Assembly (NCBI GenBank): GCA_016214655.1
Contig: JACROC010000007.1
Span: forward strand, 130,647-194,646
Source: Candidatus Harrisonbacteria bacterium
Lineage (GTDB): Bacteria; Patescibacteriota; Minisyncoccia; UBA6257; 02-FULL-45-10c
Direction of reading: 5' to 3'
Length of the DNA stretch: 64,000 bases
Within the stretch, counting starts at the first letter, position 1. Each line of letters starts with the position of its first letter. Below, piece after piece: positions 46,764 to 57,263 of this stretch. The translations under genes and the position numbers were made by a program. The notes under the pieces were generated by a model, which saw only the letters and a list, made by a program, of their open reading frames with translations, did no database searches and had not been told where the DNA came from.

Positions 46764-47996
46764 ATGTTTAATTTAAAAGAATTAAAAAAAGCCGTGGATC
46801 AGATTGCTCAGGAGAAGGGCGTGGACGCGCAGAAAGTTTTTGAAGCCCTGGAAGCTTCTATTGCTGCCGCTTATAAAAAGGAATACTGCCAGAGGGGCGA
46901 GGTGGTTAAATCAAAATTTGACCAGAAAACCGGCGCGTTAGAGTTTTGGAAGATAAAAACTGTTGTAGATGAAACTACGGTGAGAATCGTGGAAGAGGGA
47001 GAGGTCGTCGAAGGCGAGCCTCGTTTAGAAATTTCTGGGCGGGAGGGGGCTTTATCAGAAGAGGGCCTTTTACCACGTTATAATCCGGACCGCCATTTAT
47101 TTTTGGCGGAAGCGCGCGTTATCAAACCGGATGTACAACTAGGCGAAGAGTTGATATTTCCGCTGGAGACCCATGAAGATTTTGGCCGGATTGCGGCCCA
47201 GACCGCTAAACAGGTCATTCTTCAAAAATTACGCGAGGTTGAAAGGAATTCTATTATTAATGAATTTCAAAACAAGGTTGGCGAGATTATCAGTGGTGTT
47301 GTTCAAAGATATGATCGAGGGAATGTTTTTGTGGATTTAGGCCGGGCTACCGGAATCGTGTTTTATAATGAATCCATTCCCGGTGAACATTATTCTACCG
47401 GATCCAGGATGCGTTTTTATATATTAGCTGTTCAGGAAGAATCTCGGGTTCCAGGTATCATTTTATCTCGTTCCCATCCTAAATTTGTCAGCCGGCTTTT
47501 TGAATTAGAAGTCCCGGAAATCAGCGACGGAGTTGTTGAGATTAAAACCATTGCCAGAGAACCAGGAAGTAGGACTAAAATTGCGGTTACTTCTAAAGTA
47601 GAGGGAATTGATCCGGTCGGATCTTGTGTTGGCCAGAGAGGGACTAGGGTTATGGCGGTCAGCAATGAATTGGGTCAGGAAAAAATTGATATTATTCAAT
47701 GGTCTGAAGACACGGAAAAATTCATTTCCAATTCGCTTTCTCCGGCTAGGGTTACACGAGTTGAAATTTCACCGAGACGGGAAGCTAAGGTTTTTGTCCC
47801 GGATGACCAATTGAGTTTGGCTATTGGAAAGGGTGGTCAGAATGTCCGTTTGGCTGCTAAGCTTACCAGCTGGAAAATAGATGTCCGTTCGCAGGCGAAG
47901 CCGGATGAGGTGCAGGAAGGCGGTATAGCGGCGGCTTTGGAAGAATCCGTTTCTGCTCAAATTGCTGCGGATGAAGAAAAAAAGTCGGAAGAATAG
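46764..47996 (+). CDS. nusA: Transcription factor NusA
   Basis: FGRIAAQTAKQV, AREPGSRTKIAV, LSLAIGKGGQNVRLA. Confidence 0.97.
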   Translation: MFNLKELKKAVDQIAQEKGVDAQKVFEALEASIAAAYKKEYCQRGEVVKSKFDQKTGALEFWKIKTVVDETTVRIVEEGEVVEGEPRLEISGREGALSEEGLLPRYNPDRHLFLAEARVIKPDVQLGEELIFPLETHEDFGRIAAQTAKQVILQKLREVERNSIINEFQNKVGEIISGVVQRYDRGNVFVDLGRATGIVFYNESIPGEHYSTGSRMRFYILAVQEESRVPGIILSRSHPKFVSRLFELEVPEISDGVVEIKTIAREPGSRTKIAVTSKVEGIDPVGSCVGQRGTRVMAVSNELGQEKIDIIQWSEDTEKFISNSLSPARVTRVEISPRREAKVFVPDDQLSLAIGKGGQNVRLAAKLTSWKIDVRSQAKPDEVQEGGIAAALEESVSAQIAADEEKKSEE

Positions 47997-48000
47997 TTAA

Positions 48001-48071
48001 TAGACTTTTAGCTTCTAGTTTTGAGCTTTTAGAAAATTTCTAACAGCTGAGAGCTAACAGCTAACAGCTAG
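48001..48071. repeat. Intergenic inverted pair of heptamer arrays (TAGCTTT / AGCTAAC)
   Basis: ttagcttctagttttgagcttttag...ctaacag ctgagag ctaacag ctaacag ctag. Confidence 0.75.
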
Positions 48072-48075
48072 GGTG

Positions 48076-50052
48076 ATGTTATATTTATTAATTTTTATTC
48101 CAATTGCATTAGCAGTCGCCTATAGCATTTATATTGTGCTTTGGCTTGGCAAACAGCCGCGCGGCAATGCTAAGATGGTAGAAATTTCCGAAGCGATTCA
48201 AGAAGGATCTAGCGCTTTTTTAAATCGTCAGTATCGCAGTGTGGCGGTAGTCGCCGTAATTTTGCTGGTAGCTGTTTATTATTTTTCAGGCTCTCTGTCT
48301 GCTGCTGGATTTTTGGTTGGCGCAGTAGCTTCGGCGGTAGCTGGTTATATCGGGATGAATGTAGCAGTCCGTTCTAATTCCCGGACTGCGGAAGCTGCCA
48401 GCCAAGGTTTAAATGCGGCGCTCTCCCTTGCTTTTAAAGCCGGTTCAGTAACTGGATTTTTAGTAGTGGCGCTGGGACTTTTATCCATTGCTGGATTTTA
48501 TCTTTTGACTCAAGATGTACGGGCTTTAGTCGGCCTCGGTTTTGGCGCAAGTTTAATTTCAATATTTGCCAGACTTGGCGGCGGAATTTATACCAAAGCT
48601 GCCGACGTCGGCACTGACCTGGTTGGTAAGGTTGAAGCTGGTATTCCGGAAGATGATGTCCGTAATCCTGGCGTGGTAGCAGATAATGTCGGTGATAATG
48701 TTGGCGATTGCGCTGGTATGGCGGCTGATTTATTTGAAACTTATGCGGTGACGTTAGTAGCCTCCATGCTTTTGGGATTTTTGATTGATAAAGATTTAGC
48801 CAGTCCGCTGGTCATTTTTCCAATGGTTTTAGGAGGGCTGGCCATTGCCGCATCTTTAATCGGCACTTTATTCGTAAGAGTCGGCGAGGGCGGAACAATT
48901 ATGGGCGCGTTATATAAGGGATTATCCGCCACATTAGTGGTTTCGGCTTTCGCTTTCTATCCGGTGATGCGATTATATTTTGGTGATGGTTACTGGAATT
49001 TTTATCTGAGCGCTTTAGTCGGTTTAGTAGTTACCGTTTTAATGGTGATAGTAACAGATTATTATACGGCGAAAAGTTATCGTCCGGTAAAATCCATTGC
49101 CGAGGCTTCCAATTCCGGCCACGGCACTAATATCATTATCGGACTTTCGGTGGGTATGGAATCTACTTTTGTTCCGGTTTTAATTATTGTCGGGGCGATA
49201 CTCGCCAGTTTTGCGTTAGCTGGTCTTTACGGGGTTTCACTCGCTGCTACTGCCATGCTTTCGGTTGCCGGAATTATTATTGCTATTGATTCTTTTGGTC
49301 CGGTTACGGATAATGCTGGCGGTATTGCGGAAATGAGCGGGGCGTCGTCTGATGTCAGGAAAATCACCGATGCTTTGGATGCGGTCGGTAATACTACTAA
49401 AGCAGTTACTAAAGGTTATGCAATCGCTTCTGCCGGGCTTGCCGCACTGGTGCTTTTTGCCGGTTATGTGGAGGAATTTGCCAGCCGCGCCAGAGATTTA
49501 GTTTTTGAATTAGAAGATCCTTATGTGGTAGTCGGGCTTCTACTTGGCGCGGCAGTTCCGTATCTTTTTGCTTCGATTGCTATGAAGTCCGTCGGCCGGG
49601 CAGCCGGCGCGGTGGTAGAAGAAATCCGGAGACAATTCCGGGAAATTCCAGGAATCATGGAATTTAAGGCTAAGCCGGATTATGGCCGGGCAGTGGATAT
49701 TGTTACCAAAGCCGCGCTTAAAGAGATGGTGGTGCCGGCGCTAATCCCAGTTCTTTCAGTGGTATTAGTCGGATTTCTGCTTGGCGCAAAAGCACTGGGC
49801 GGATTTTTGGTGGGCACGATCGTGGCCGGTCTTTTTCTGGGAATTTCTATGACTACTGGTGGCGCCGCTTGGGACAATGCGAAGAAATATATTGAATCCG
49901 GCAATTACGGCGGTAAGGGTTCTGACGCGCATAAAGCCGCAGTAACCGGCGACACGGTCGGTGACCCTTACAAAGATACCGCCGGTCCAGCAATCAACCC
50001 GCTGATCAAAGTTATAAATATTGTTGCGCTGCTCCTGGTTCCGTTTTTATAA
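48076..50052 (+). CDS. hppA: Membrane H+-translocating pyrophosphatase (K+-independent signature)
   Basis: [48 protein letters not shown]. Confidence 0.93.
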   Translation: MLYLLIFIPIALAVAYSIYIVLWLGKQPRGNAKMVEISEAIQEGSSAFLNRQYRSVAVVAVILLVAVYYFSGSLSAAGFLVGAVASAVAGYIGMNVAVRSNSRTAEAASQGLNAALSLAFKAGSVTGFLVVALGLLSIAGFYLLTQDVRALVGLGFGASLISIFARLGGGIYTKAADVGTDLVGKVEAGIPEDDVRNPGVVADNVGDNVGDCAGMAADLFETYAVTLVASMLLGFLIDKDLASPLVIFPMVLGGLAIAASLIGTLFVRVGEGGTIMGALYKGLSATLVVSAFAFYPVMRLYFGDGYWNFYLSALVGLVVTVLMVIVTDYYTAKSYRPVKSIAEASNSGHGTNIIIGLSVGMESTFVPVLIIVGAILASFALAGLYGVSLAATAMLSVAGIIIAIDSFGPVTDNAGGIAEMSGASSDVRKITDALDAVGNTTKAVTKGYAIASAGLAALVLFAGYVEEFASRARDLVFELEDPYVVVGLLLGAAVPYLFASIAMKSVGRAAGAVVEEIRRQFREIPGIMEFKAKPDYGRAVDIVTKAALKEMVVPALIPVLSVVLVGFLLGAKALGGFLVGTIVAGLFLGISMTTGGAAWDNAKKYIESGNYGGKGSDAHKAAVTGDTVGDPYKDTAGPAINPLIKVINIVALLLVPFL

Positions 50053-50058
50053 GATCTG

Positions 50059-51327
50059 ATGAAATATACATCTAAAAAATTACCAAACTCAATAGTTGAG
50101 GCGGAGGTGATTTTGGGCCATCAGGAGTTTTTGAATTATTATCAGCCAGTTTATGATCAGGCGCTTTCAGTTGTGCATTTGAAGGGTTTCCGGCCGGGAA
50201 CCGCGCCAAAAGATTTAGCAGATAAAGCAGTAGATAAAGAAAAAGTTTTTAATGAGGCGGTGAATAAAGCAGTCCGGGATGCGCTTCAAGAAATTAATGC
50301 CGAAAATAATTGGCAATTAATTGATCAGCCGAAGGTTGAAGTTTTGGAAAGCGAGCCGGCGAAAGATATAGGCTTGAAATTCAAAATCACCTTGACCGTT
50401 TTTCCGGAAGTTAAGTTGGGAAATTATCAAAAATTAGTCAAAAAAATTTTACACGAGGATCCCAAAGAAATATTTGTTAGCGAGGACGAGTTAAATAAAA
50501 GTATTAATTGGGTTTTAAATTCCAGAGCTAAATTAACCAGGGTGAATAGAGAAGCTAAGAAGGGCGATGTGGTAGATATCGATTTTTCCGGTTTTTTGGA
50601 TGGAAAGGCTTTGGATGGCGCTTCTGGCAAGGCGGATAATTTCGTTCTTGGCGAAGGAAAATTTATTCCTGGATTTGAAGATAATATTGTGAACCATAAA
50701 GAGGGAGAAAATTTGGAGTTTTCAGTAAATTTCCCGACTGATTATTGGAAAGAAGATTTGCGCGATAAAAAAATTGGTTTCAAAGTAAGCTTGAAAGGAG
50801 TTTTTGAGAAGCAAATGCCGGAATTAACGGATGAATTTATAAAAGGATTAGGAAATTTTCAGACGGTTGAAGAGTTTAAAAACAGTATTCGTGAAGGAAT
50901 GAAAAAAGAAAAAGAGGGCCGGGAAAAAGAACGCGTCCGGCTAAAAATTATGAACGAGATGGTTAAGAATTCCCAGATTGATTCCCCTCAAATCATGATA
51001 GATAAGACGCTGGATAATCTTGTTAACGAATATCGTGCCACGATGCAGCCTCCCAGTGGCGGAAAATTAGAAGACGACGCATCTTTGCGTAAACGTTTCG
51101 AAGAGAGAGCTAAGCACGATGTTGCCGCCAATTTAGTGGCGTATCAAATCGCCAAGGATCAGAAAATTGAACCAACTCCCGATGAAGTTGAAGCGGAAGT
51201 CAATAAATTCTTGACACATTCTCAGTTTTCAAAACGCCCGAAAATTGACCCTCAGCGACTTTATGATTATAGTTATGGTGTAGTTCAAAATCGCAAGGTT
51301 TTTGAATACCTTGAATCGTTGAAATGA
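50059..51327 (+). CDS. tig: Trigger factor
   Basis: GFRPG.AP ribosome-binding motif; FKBP-like FIPGFED domain. Confidence 0.93.
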   Translation: MKYTSKKLPNSIVEAEVILGHQEFLNYYQPVYDQALSVVHLKGFRPGTAPKDLADKAVDKEKVFNEAVNKAVRDALQEINAENNWQLIDQPKVEVLESEPAKDIGLKFKITLTVFPEVKLGNYQKLVKKILHEDPKEIFVSEDELNKSINWVLNSRAKLTRVNREAKKGDVVDIDFSGFLDGKALDGASGKADNFVLGEGKFIPGFEDNIVNHKEGENLEFSVNFPTDYWKEDLRDKKIGFKVSLKGVFEKQMPELTDEFIKGLGNFQTVEEFKNSIREGMKKEKEGREKERVRLKIMNEMVKNSQIDSPQIMIDKTLDNLVNEYRATMQPPSGGKLEDDASLRKRFEERAKHDVAANLVAYQIAKDQKIEPTPDEVEAEVNKFLTHSQFSKRPKIDPQRLYDYSYGVVQNRKVFEYLESLK

Positions 51328-51400
51328 GCGCGTAGTTCGTAGAACGTAGGGCGTAGGATTTTTATAATTTTCTACTTACTACGGGCTACTGCCTACGCAC
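51328..51400. repeat. Intergenic inverted pair of heptamer arrays (CGTAGNN / NNCTACK)
   Basis: cgtagtt cgtagaa cgtaggg cgtagga ... ttctact tactacg ggctact gcctacg. Confidence 0.8.
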
Positions 51401-51408
51401 TTTTGATT

Positions 51409-52008
51409 ATGGAAAACGAATATTTAATTCCTACAGTTATCGAAAAAACTCAAATGGGTGAGCGCGCTTATGATATTTATTCTCGTTTATTGAAAGAACG
51501 GATTATTTTTCTTGGCGGTCCGATTAATGATGGGGTAGCCAACACAGTAATCGCCCAGCTTTTATTTTTAGAGCACGAAGACCCGAAAAGGGATATTAAA
51601 TTGTATATTAATTCACCTGGCGGATCGGTGACTGCCGGCTTTGCGATTTATGACACTATTCAATATATTAAGCCAGATGTTTCTACTATTTGCGTTGGTA
51701 TTGCCGCTTCTATGGCGGCCGTTCTTCTTGGTGCCGGTAAGAAGGGGAAGCGGATCGCTTTGCCGAATTCGGAGGTGCTTTTGCACCAAGTTATGGGCGG
51801 AGTTGAGGGTCAGGCAGTGGAAATTGAAATTACCGCTAAGCATATTGTGCGCATGAAGGAGCAGCTTAATCAGGTTCTCGCTAAACACACCGGACAATCC
51901 CTTTCTAAAATCGAGAAGGATACTGACAGGGATTTCTGGCTTACGGCGGCGGAAGCAAAGGAATATGGAGTAGTAGATGAGATTATAAAAAACCGGAATA
52001 TTAAGTAA
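51409..52008 (+). CDS. clpP: Clp protease proteolytic subunit
   Basis: [36 protein letters not shown]. Confidence 0.97.
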   Translation: MENEYLIPTVIEKTQMGERAYDIYSRLLKERIIFLGGPINDGVANTVIAQLLFLEHEDPKRDIKLYINSPGGSVTAGFAIYDTIQYIKPDVSTICVGIAASMAAVLLGAGKKGKRIALPNSEVLLHQVMGGVEGQAVEIEITAKHIVRMKEQLNQVLAKHTGQSLSKIEKDTDRDFWLTAAEAKEYGVVDEIIKNRNIK

Positions 52009-52010
52009 AA

Positions 52011-52038
52011 AAATTCCTGCCAAGTGGCGGGAATTTTA
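52011..52038 (+). terminator. Intrinsic terminator
   Basis: aattcctgcca-ag-tggcgggaatttt. Confidence 0.65.
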
Positions 52039-52099
52039 TTGCAAACATTTATTTTTTCGTTTATTCTGGTGATAGGATTTTTGATGAGTAGGATATGAC

Positions 52100-52390
52100 A
52101 TGGACTCTGATCGGCTCAATGTCCGGTGGAAGTCTTTTATTCTTGTGAACCTTAGGAACCAGCAAATTCATCTTACGGAATTCCTTAGGCAATCGCTTGG
52201 CAGGCATAAAGGCGGAGTGCTTTTTGTGGGGTGCGGCACGGAAAATGGTAATAATATTATTTTAAAAACTGATGAAGAGGATAACTGCTACCGAAAAGTT
52301 TCAGATACCGATGACGATGAGCGAGATTGGGAGTTGATCGGATATTTAGTTGATAAAAATGCCGGGCCGGATTTACCTCCTTATACATAA
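52100..52390 (+). CDS. Small hypothetical protein
   Basis: 96 aa ORF followed by a hairpin and T-run. Confidence 0.5.
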   Translation: MDSDRLNVRWKSFILVNLRNQQIHLTEFLRQSLGRHKGGVLFVGCGTENGNNIILKTDEEDNCYRKVSDTDDDERDWELIGYLVDKNAGPDLPPYT

Positions 52391-52480
52391 GCTCGTTTAA
52401 TAACGAGCCTTTTTGTTGACTTTTTAATTTGAATATATTAATATAATTTTAATTCTTTAATAATATAAACAGGAAAAAAG

Positions 52481-52774
52481 ATGACTTTTTGCAAAGAAGT
52501 TGTTATAACTAGGCTTAACGGAAGGACAAAATTTGCACTTGTGGATTTAGTTAAGATACCCAAAACACCTGAAGAAAAAAAATTTGAAGACGTTAAATAT
52601 CGTAAACTATTTACGACCAATAAAGGATTATTGCTTCGAGGTATTTGGCAAGTTGCAAAGCAAATTTTGGAATTTCAAAATTCCAAACATTGTACCCCCG
52701 AGCTTCGAATGAAATTAGAGAAAGATTTAGAAAAATTGGCCAGAAAGCTTGATAAAACAATGAGTCTCTCGTAA
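52481..52774 (+). CDS. Small hypothetical protein
   Basis: 97 aa, upstream TTGACT promoter and AGGA; hairpin at the stop. Confidence 0.55.
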   Translation: MTFCKEVVITRLNGRTKFALVDLVKIPKTPEEKKFEDVKYRKLFTTNKGLLLRGIWQVAKQILEFQNSKHCTPELRMKLEKDLEKLARKLDKTMSLS

Positions 52775-52803
52775 AACGGGAGATTTTTATTTATAATATA
52801 AAA

Positions 52804-53967
52804 ATGGTTAAAAATGATTTATTAACCCGCGGTGTAGTGGAGGTGATTGAAAAAGATCATCTAGAAAAATCTCTTCAAAGCGGCAAGAAGCTGCGGGTGA
52901 AGTTTGGTATTGATCCGACAGCGCCGGATTTGCATTTAGGGCATACTGTCCCGCTTCGGAAATTGCGGCAATTTCAAGACGCCGGCCACCAAGCGGTTTT
53001 GATTATTGGCGATTTTACTGCCGGAATTGGTGATCCCTCTGGAAGAGATAAAGCCCGTCCCCCGCTTTCGGAGAAAGATATAAAAAATAATTTAAAAACT
53101 TATCTGAATCAAGCAAAAAAAGTTTTAGATATGAAAAAAGTTGAAGTTCATTACAATAGTAAGTGGCTTCGTAAAATGGACTTTGGAGAATTAGCTAGAT
53201 TATTTACTGATTTTACCGTGCAACAAATGATAGAGCGTGAAGATTTTAGCGCTAGGATTAAAAATCAAAAGCCGGTGTGGATGCATGAATTAACTTACCC
53301 CGCCCTTCAAGCATATGATTCAGTCATGGTTAATGCGGATTTAGAAATTGGCGGAACCGATCAAAAGTTTAATCTTTTGGCTGGTAGGAATTTGATGGAA
53401 AAGCGTGGTATGAAACCGCAGGATGTTTTGACTTTACCTCTTTTGGAGGGTACAGATGGAGTTAAAAAAATGAGCAAAAGTCTCGGTAATTATATTGCGC
53501 TTAATGATGGGCCTAATGATATGTATGGGAAAATTATGTCTATTTCTGATGCGCTTATTGTGAAATATGCAGAATTATTGACTGATTTGCCGTTAGAAGA
53601 AATGGCAGAAAAAGTTAAAAAAGATCCGCGTGCCGTAAAGATGAAGCTTGCACAAATTATTGTGGCAATGTATCACGACAATAAAATGGCCCAAAAGGCT
53701 GAAGAAGAATTTGTGCGTGTAGTTTCTCATAAAGAAGCGCCGTCAGAGTTGGAAAGTATAAAGTTAAAGGTTAAAAAGTTAACCTTAGTAAATCTATTGG
53801 TGGAAACTAAGATGGCTCCGAGTAAAAGTGAAGCAAGACGATTAGTTGAGCAGGGCGGCGTAAAATTAGATGAAGAGAAGCAAAACGATCCGAATAAAAG
53901 TATTGAATTGGAAAGAGAAATTTTACTTCAGGTGGGTAAAAGGAAGTACTTGCGAGTTTCTTCATAG
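52804..53967 (+). CDS. tyrS: Tyrosine--tRNA ligase
   Basis: GIDPTAPDLHLGH, YP.LQAYD, GGTDQKFN, KMSKS, C-terminal S4 domain. Confidence 0.96.
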   Translation: MVKNDLLTRGVVEVIEKDHLEKSLQSGKKLRVKFGIDPTAPDLHLGHTVPLRKLRQFQDAGHQAVLIIGDFTAGIGDPSGRDKARPPLSEKDIKNNLKTYLNQAKKVLDMKKVEVHYNSKWLRKMDFGELARLFTDFTVQQMIEREDFSARIKNQKPVWMHELTYPALQAYDSVMVNADLEIGGTDQKFNLLAGRNLMEKRGMKPQDVLTLPLLEGTDGVKKMSKSLGNYIALNDGPNDMYGKIMSISDALIVKYAELLTDLPLEEMAEKVKKDPRAVKMKLAQIIVAMYHDNKMAQKAEEEFVRVVSHKEAPSELESIKLKVKKLTLVNLLVETKMAPSKSEARRLVEQGGVKLDEEKQNDPNKSIELEREILLQVGKRKYLRVSS

Positions 53968-54014
53968 TTTTGTAATATCTAATCAGCTCCAGAAAATACA
54001 AAGGAGGGGAAACG

Positions 54015-54248
54015 ATGCCTAATCGGAGACGGTTGAACACGGGACAGAAAGTACGGGAAATGAGATTCGCCTTGGGCGGCAGAAGGGCCGTAATCGAGGT
54101 TATGGAATCTGGATCTGTTTCCAGCTTAAAACGCTGGGAGAGGCGTGAATGCTCCCCGATTTCTGCTCATGTAAAGGTGGTTGGCGATGCCTATGACATG
54201 TGGCTATTGATGAAAAAAGCGGTTCGTAAGAGATTGCAGAGACACTGA
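54015..54248 (+). CDS. Small basic hypothetical protein
   Basis: 77 aa, AAGGAGG SD, terminator actgacca-tct-tggtcagt+T run at the stop. Confidence 0.55.
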   Translation: MPNRRRLNTGQKVREMRFALGGRRAVIEVMESGSVSSLKRWERRECSPISAHVKVVGDAYDMWLLMKKAVRKRLQRH

Positions 54249-54296
54249 CCATCTTGGTCAGTTTTTTGTTTTTACGAGATGTGTTATAGTTATTCT

Positions 54297-54359
54297 ATGA
54301 AATTAGTTTTTGCTATTATCACTACCACAACTACCCGATTTCCTGCTGGGGAGTTTTAG
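54297..54359 (+). CDS. thrL: Threonine operon leader peptide (ThrL-like)
   Basis: MKLVFAIITTTTTRFPAGEF: two Ile then five Thr codons, upstream of a terminator and thrA. Confidence 0.85.
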   Translation: MKLVFAIITTTTTRFPAGEF

Positions 54360-54383
54360 TGGTTTATCAAAAATAAAGACACT

Positions 54384-54415
54384 AAACCGGCCTCAACGGG
54401 GTCGGTTTTCATTTT
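54384..54415 (+). terminator. Attenuator terminator of the thr leader
   Basis: aaaccggcctc-aac-ggggtcggttt followed by tcatttt; competing pairing tttagtg/cactaaa. Confidence 0.75.
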
Positions 54416-54452
54416 AAAAGTTAAGTGATAAAGTATTAACAATCAAAAATAT

Positions 54453-56888
54453 ATGAAAATAACTAAAGTTCTTAAATTCGGAGGTTCGTCGGTGGGCACG
54501 CCAAAGATGATCAAGGGGGTTGGTGAAATTGTGAAAGCTGCATCTAAAAGAGATAGAGTGGCGGTCGTGGTGTCAGCTTTTCAGGGAGTTACCGATCAGC
54601 TTTTAAAATGCGTGCGCTTGACCGCGAAAAATGATAAACGGTTATTCGATGAGCTAAAAAATTTGAAAGAGCGCCACTTAAAAGCAGTTAAATTATTAGT
54701 TCGTAAACCTAAATATTTGCGAAATAATGTTCTAGCGCACGTTGAATCATTGTTTATTGAGCTTGTTGCGGTATTAGAAAAAATTGCCAAAGAAAAAGGA
54801 GTTTCCAATAAAAATTTGGACTGGGTAGCGAGTTTCGGTGAGCGGCTTTCGGCGTATATTATTGCGGCGTCGACGAAGAATGCATATTTCGTAGATGCTC
54901 GCGAATTGGTTAGGACTGATAATAATTTTGTGAATGCGGCTGTGGATTTTAATGCAACCAACCGTAAAATTATACATTTTTTCACTGAGAAACAGAGAGG
55001 CAAAGAAACGAAAAATAAAATCCCGATTATTACCGGATTTTTAGGTTCCACCAGTAAAAGAGAAATCACTACACTTGGACGAGGGGGTTCGGACTATTCC
55101 GCTGCGATTTTTGGTGCTGCGCTTGGTGTAAAAGTAGTGGAAATCTGGACTGATGTAGATGGGGTGATGAGCGCGGACCCTCGCCTGGTAAAACGGGCAG
55201 TGGTGCTCTCGCAGATAAGTTACGAAGAAGCGATCGAGATGGCTTATTTCGGCGCCAAAGTGATTCATCCGGCGACCATGCTCCCAGCGATTAAAAAAGG
55301 AATACCGATTTTGATTAAAAATACATTTAATCCCATTACGCCCGGAACTTGGATCCAGAAAAAAATGGTGCTCGAGCCATTTGTAAAAGGCATCACCGCT
55401 ATTGACGACATTGTTTTAGTTAATATAGGGGGCGTAAGTTTGGGCGGAATCCCAGGGAGCGCCGCCAGGGTATTTGAGGCAACTGCGCGGGCAAAAGCAA
55501 ACGTAATTCTAATTTCTCAGGCTTCTTCAGAATATACTATTTGTTTTGCGCTTAAATCGGCAGAGCTTTCGGCCGCGCTTAAAGTATTGCGGGAGGAGTT
55601 TAGGAAAGAAATAAAATCCGGCCAGGTAAGTATTTCAACCGTACCTTCGCAAGCTATTATTGCGCTGGTTGGCGATGGCATGCGCGGCGTGCCGGGCATT
55701 GCCGGGAAATTATTCAAAGCGATAGGTGATAATGGGGTGAATATTTCCGCAATTGCGCAGGGCGGATCGGAACGGAATATTTCTTTTGTTGTGGATTTGG
55801 CAGATAAGGCGAAAGCATTAAATGTGGCACATGATGAATTTTTCCTAGGCGCAACCAAAAATATTTTTTTGATCGGCACCGGTAATATTGGCGGTACCCT
55901 GCTTGATCAAATTCACAATCTATCGAAGTCCGACTTCAATAGATTGAGGGTATGCGGGATTATTAACGCTTTTAATATGCTTACCAGTGAATCGGGTATT
56001 AATTTAGGCGGTTGGCAAAAGAAATTGGAAAAGGGTGAAAAGCCTGATTTTGAGAAATGGCTCAATTGGGCTAAAGAATTGCCACTTGGCAATAAAGTCT
56101 TTGTGGATTGTACTGCCAGTGATGGGGTTGCCAGAAAATACATTGAAATTGCCGAGGTGGGATTTAACATTGTGACTCCGAATAAGAAATTTAATGTCCG
56201 GCCGATGAAGGAATATAAAAAATTGCGGGAAGTAATGGCAAAAAATAAAAATCAGTTTTTGTATGAAACTAATGTCGGCGCCGCGCTTCCGATTATCGCG
56301 CCGCTTCAGGATTTATTAAAAACAGGTGATAGGATTACAAAAATCGAAGGAGTGTTTTCCGGAACATTAAGCTATATTTTTAATAATTTTGACGGAACTA
56401 AACCATTTAGTAAGGTGGTGGAGGAAGCAAAAAAACTTGGCTACACCGAGCCGGATCCGCGGGAAGATTTAAGTGGGCAGGACGTTGGAAGGAAGTTATT
56501 GGTTCTAGCGCGGGAGATTGGTTACGAGTTGGAATTTAAGGATATTGAAATTGAAAATCTGGTACCGGCAGCGCTTCAACGCGTTAAAGTGCCGGGAGAA
56601 TTTTTGAAGCGATTAAAGGAATTTGACGGATATTTCAAGAAACTTTTAGAAAAAGCATATTCGCAAAATAAGGTTCTGAGATATGTGGCGCGACTAGAAA
56701 GAGGTAGGGCGGTTGCGTCGCTTCAGGCGGTGCCGTTAGATAATCCACTTGCAAGCAATCGCGGCGCAGATAATATATTTGCCTTTTGGACTAAGAGATA
56801 TAAGGAAAGGCCTTTAGTCGTACAAGGACCGGGAGCGGGAAGAGAAGTAACTGCGGCTGGAGTGTTGGCGGATATATTACGAATATAA
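54453..56888 (+). CDS. thrA: Bifunctional aspartokinase / homoserine dehydrogenase
   Basis: KFGGSSV, TLGRGGSDYSA, WTDVDG, two ACT domains, GTGNIGG, ETNVGAALP, GYTEPDPREDL. Confidence 0.95.
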   Translation: MKITKVLKFGGSSVGTPKMIKGVGEIVKAASKRDRVAVVVSAFQGVTDQLLKCVRLTAKNDKRLFDELKNLKERHLKAVKLLVRKPKYLRNNVLAHVESLFIELVAVLEKIAKEKGVSNKNLDWVASFGERLSAYIIAASTKNAYFVDARELVRTDNNFVNAAVDFNATNRKIIHFFTEKQRGKETKNKIPIITGFLGSTSKREITTLGRGGSDYSAAIFGAALGVKVVEIWTDVDGVMSADPRLVKRAVVLSQISYEEAIEMAYFGAKVIHPATMLPAIKKGIPILIKNTFNPITPGTWIQKKMVLEPFVKGITAIDDIVLVNIGGVSLGGIPGSAARVFEATARAKANVILISQASSEYTICFALKSAELSAALKVLREEFRKEIKSGQVSISTVPSQAIIALVGDGMRGVPGIAGKLFKAIGDNGVNISAIAQGGSERNISFVVDLADKAKALNVAHDEFFLGATKNIFLIGTGNIGGTLLDQIHNLSKSDFNRLRVCGIINAFNMLTSESGINLGGWQKKLEKGEKPDFEKWLNWAKELPLGNKVFVDCTASDGVARKYIEIAEVGFNIVTPNKKFNVRPMKEYKKLREVMAKNKNQFLYETNVGAALPIIAPLQDLLKTGDRITKIEGVFSGTLSYIFNNFDGTKPFSKVVEEAKKLGYTEPDPREDLSGQDVGRKLLVLAREIGYELEFKDIEIENLVPAALQRVKVPGEFLKRLKEFDGYFKKLLEKAYSQNKVLRYVARLERGRAVASLQAVPLDNPLASNRGADNIFAFWTKRYKERPLVVQGPGAGREVTAAGVLADILRI

Positions 56889-56889
56889 C

Positions 56890-56994
56890 GCGATACCAAT
56901 ATACTAATGCATGCGAATGATACTAATTATGCGAATATTTTAAAATTAGTATTATTCGTATCATTAGTACAATTCGTATATTAGTATCATAGTT
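56890..56994 (+). repeat. Palindromic nonamer element, copy C
   Basis: Near-identical arms to copy B; starts right after the thrA stop. Confidence 0.9.
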
Positions 56995-57053
56995 AGCGTC
57001 AGCGATAAAAAAGAAAAGCGCCCCGATGGTTAATCGAGGCGCCGGTGATGAAG

Positions 57054-57203
57054 TTATCTCTTTTTGAGTTCTTCCAAGATTCCCTTTAGGAGACTGTTAG
57101 TTTCATTTAAGGGCTCTAGAAAAAATACGCACAAGATCAATACTGCTAAGATTGGGCTAAACATTATTCCCAATCCCATGAGGGCTAGACAGGCTGTATA
57201 CAT
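57054..57203 (-). CDS. 49 aa single-TM small protein
   Basis: MYTACLALMGLGIMFSPILAVLILCVFFLEPLNETNSLLKGILEELKKR; AAGGAGG SD; hairpin + T-run downstream. Confidence 0.6.
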   Translation of the reverse strand: MYTACLALMGLGIMFSPILAVLILCVFFLEPLNETNSLLKGILEELKKR

Positions 57204-57263
57204 TTGATCCTCCTTTGGCGAAAACTTTACGATTTAAATATAATATAGCATATAATTATAAAT

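Noticed and set aside
50059-52008. tig-clpP without clpX
   Set aside because: Ordinary gene-order variation; the ATPase partner may be elsewhere.
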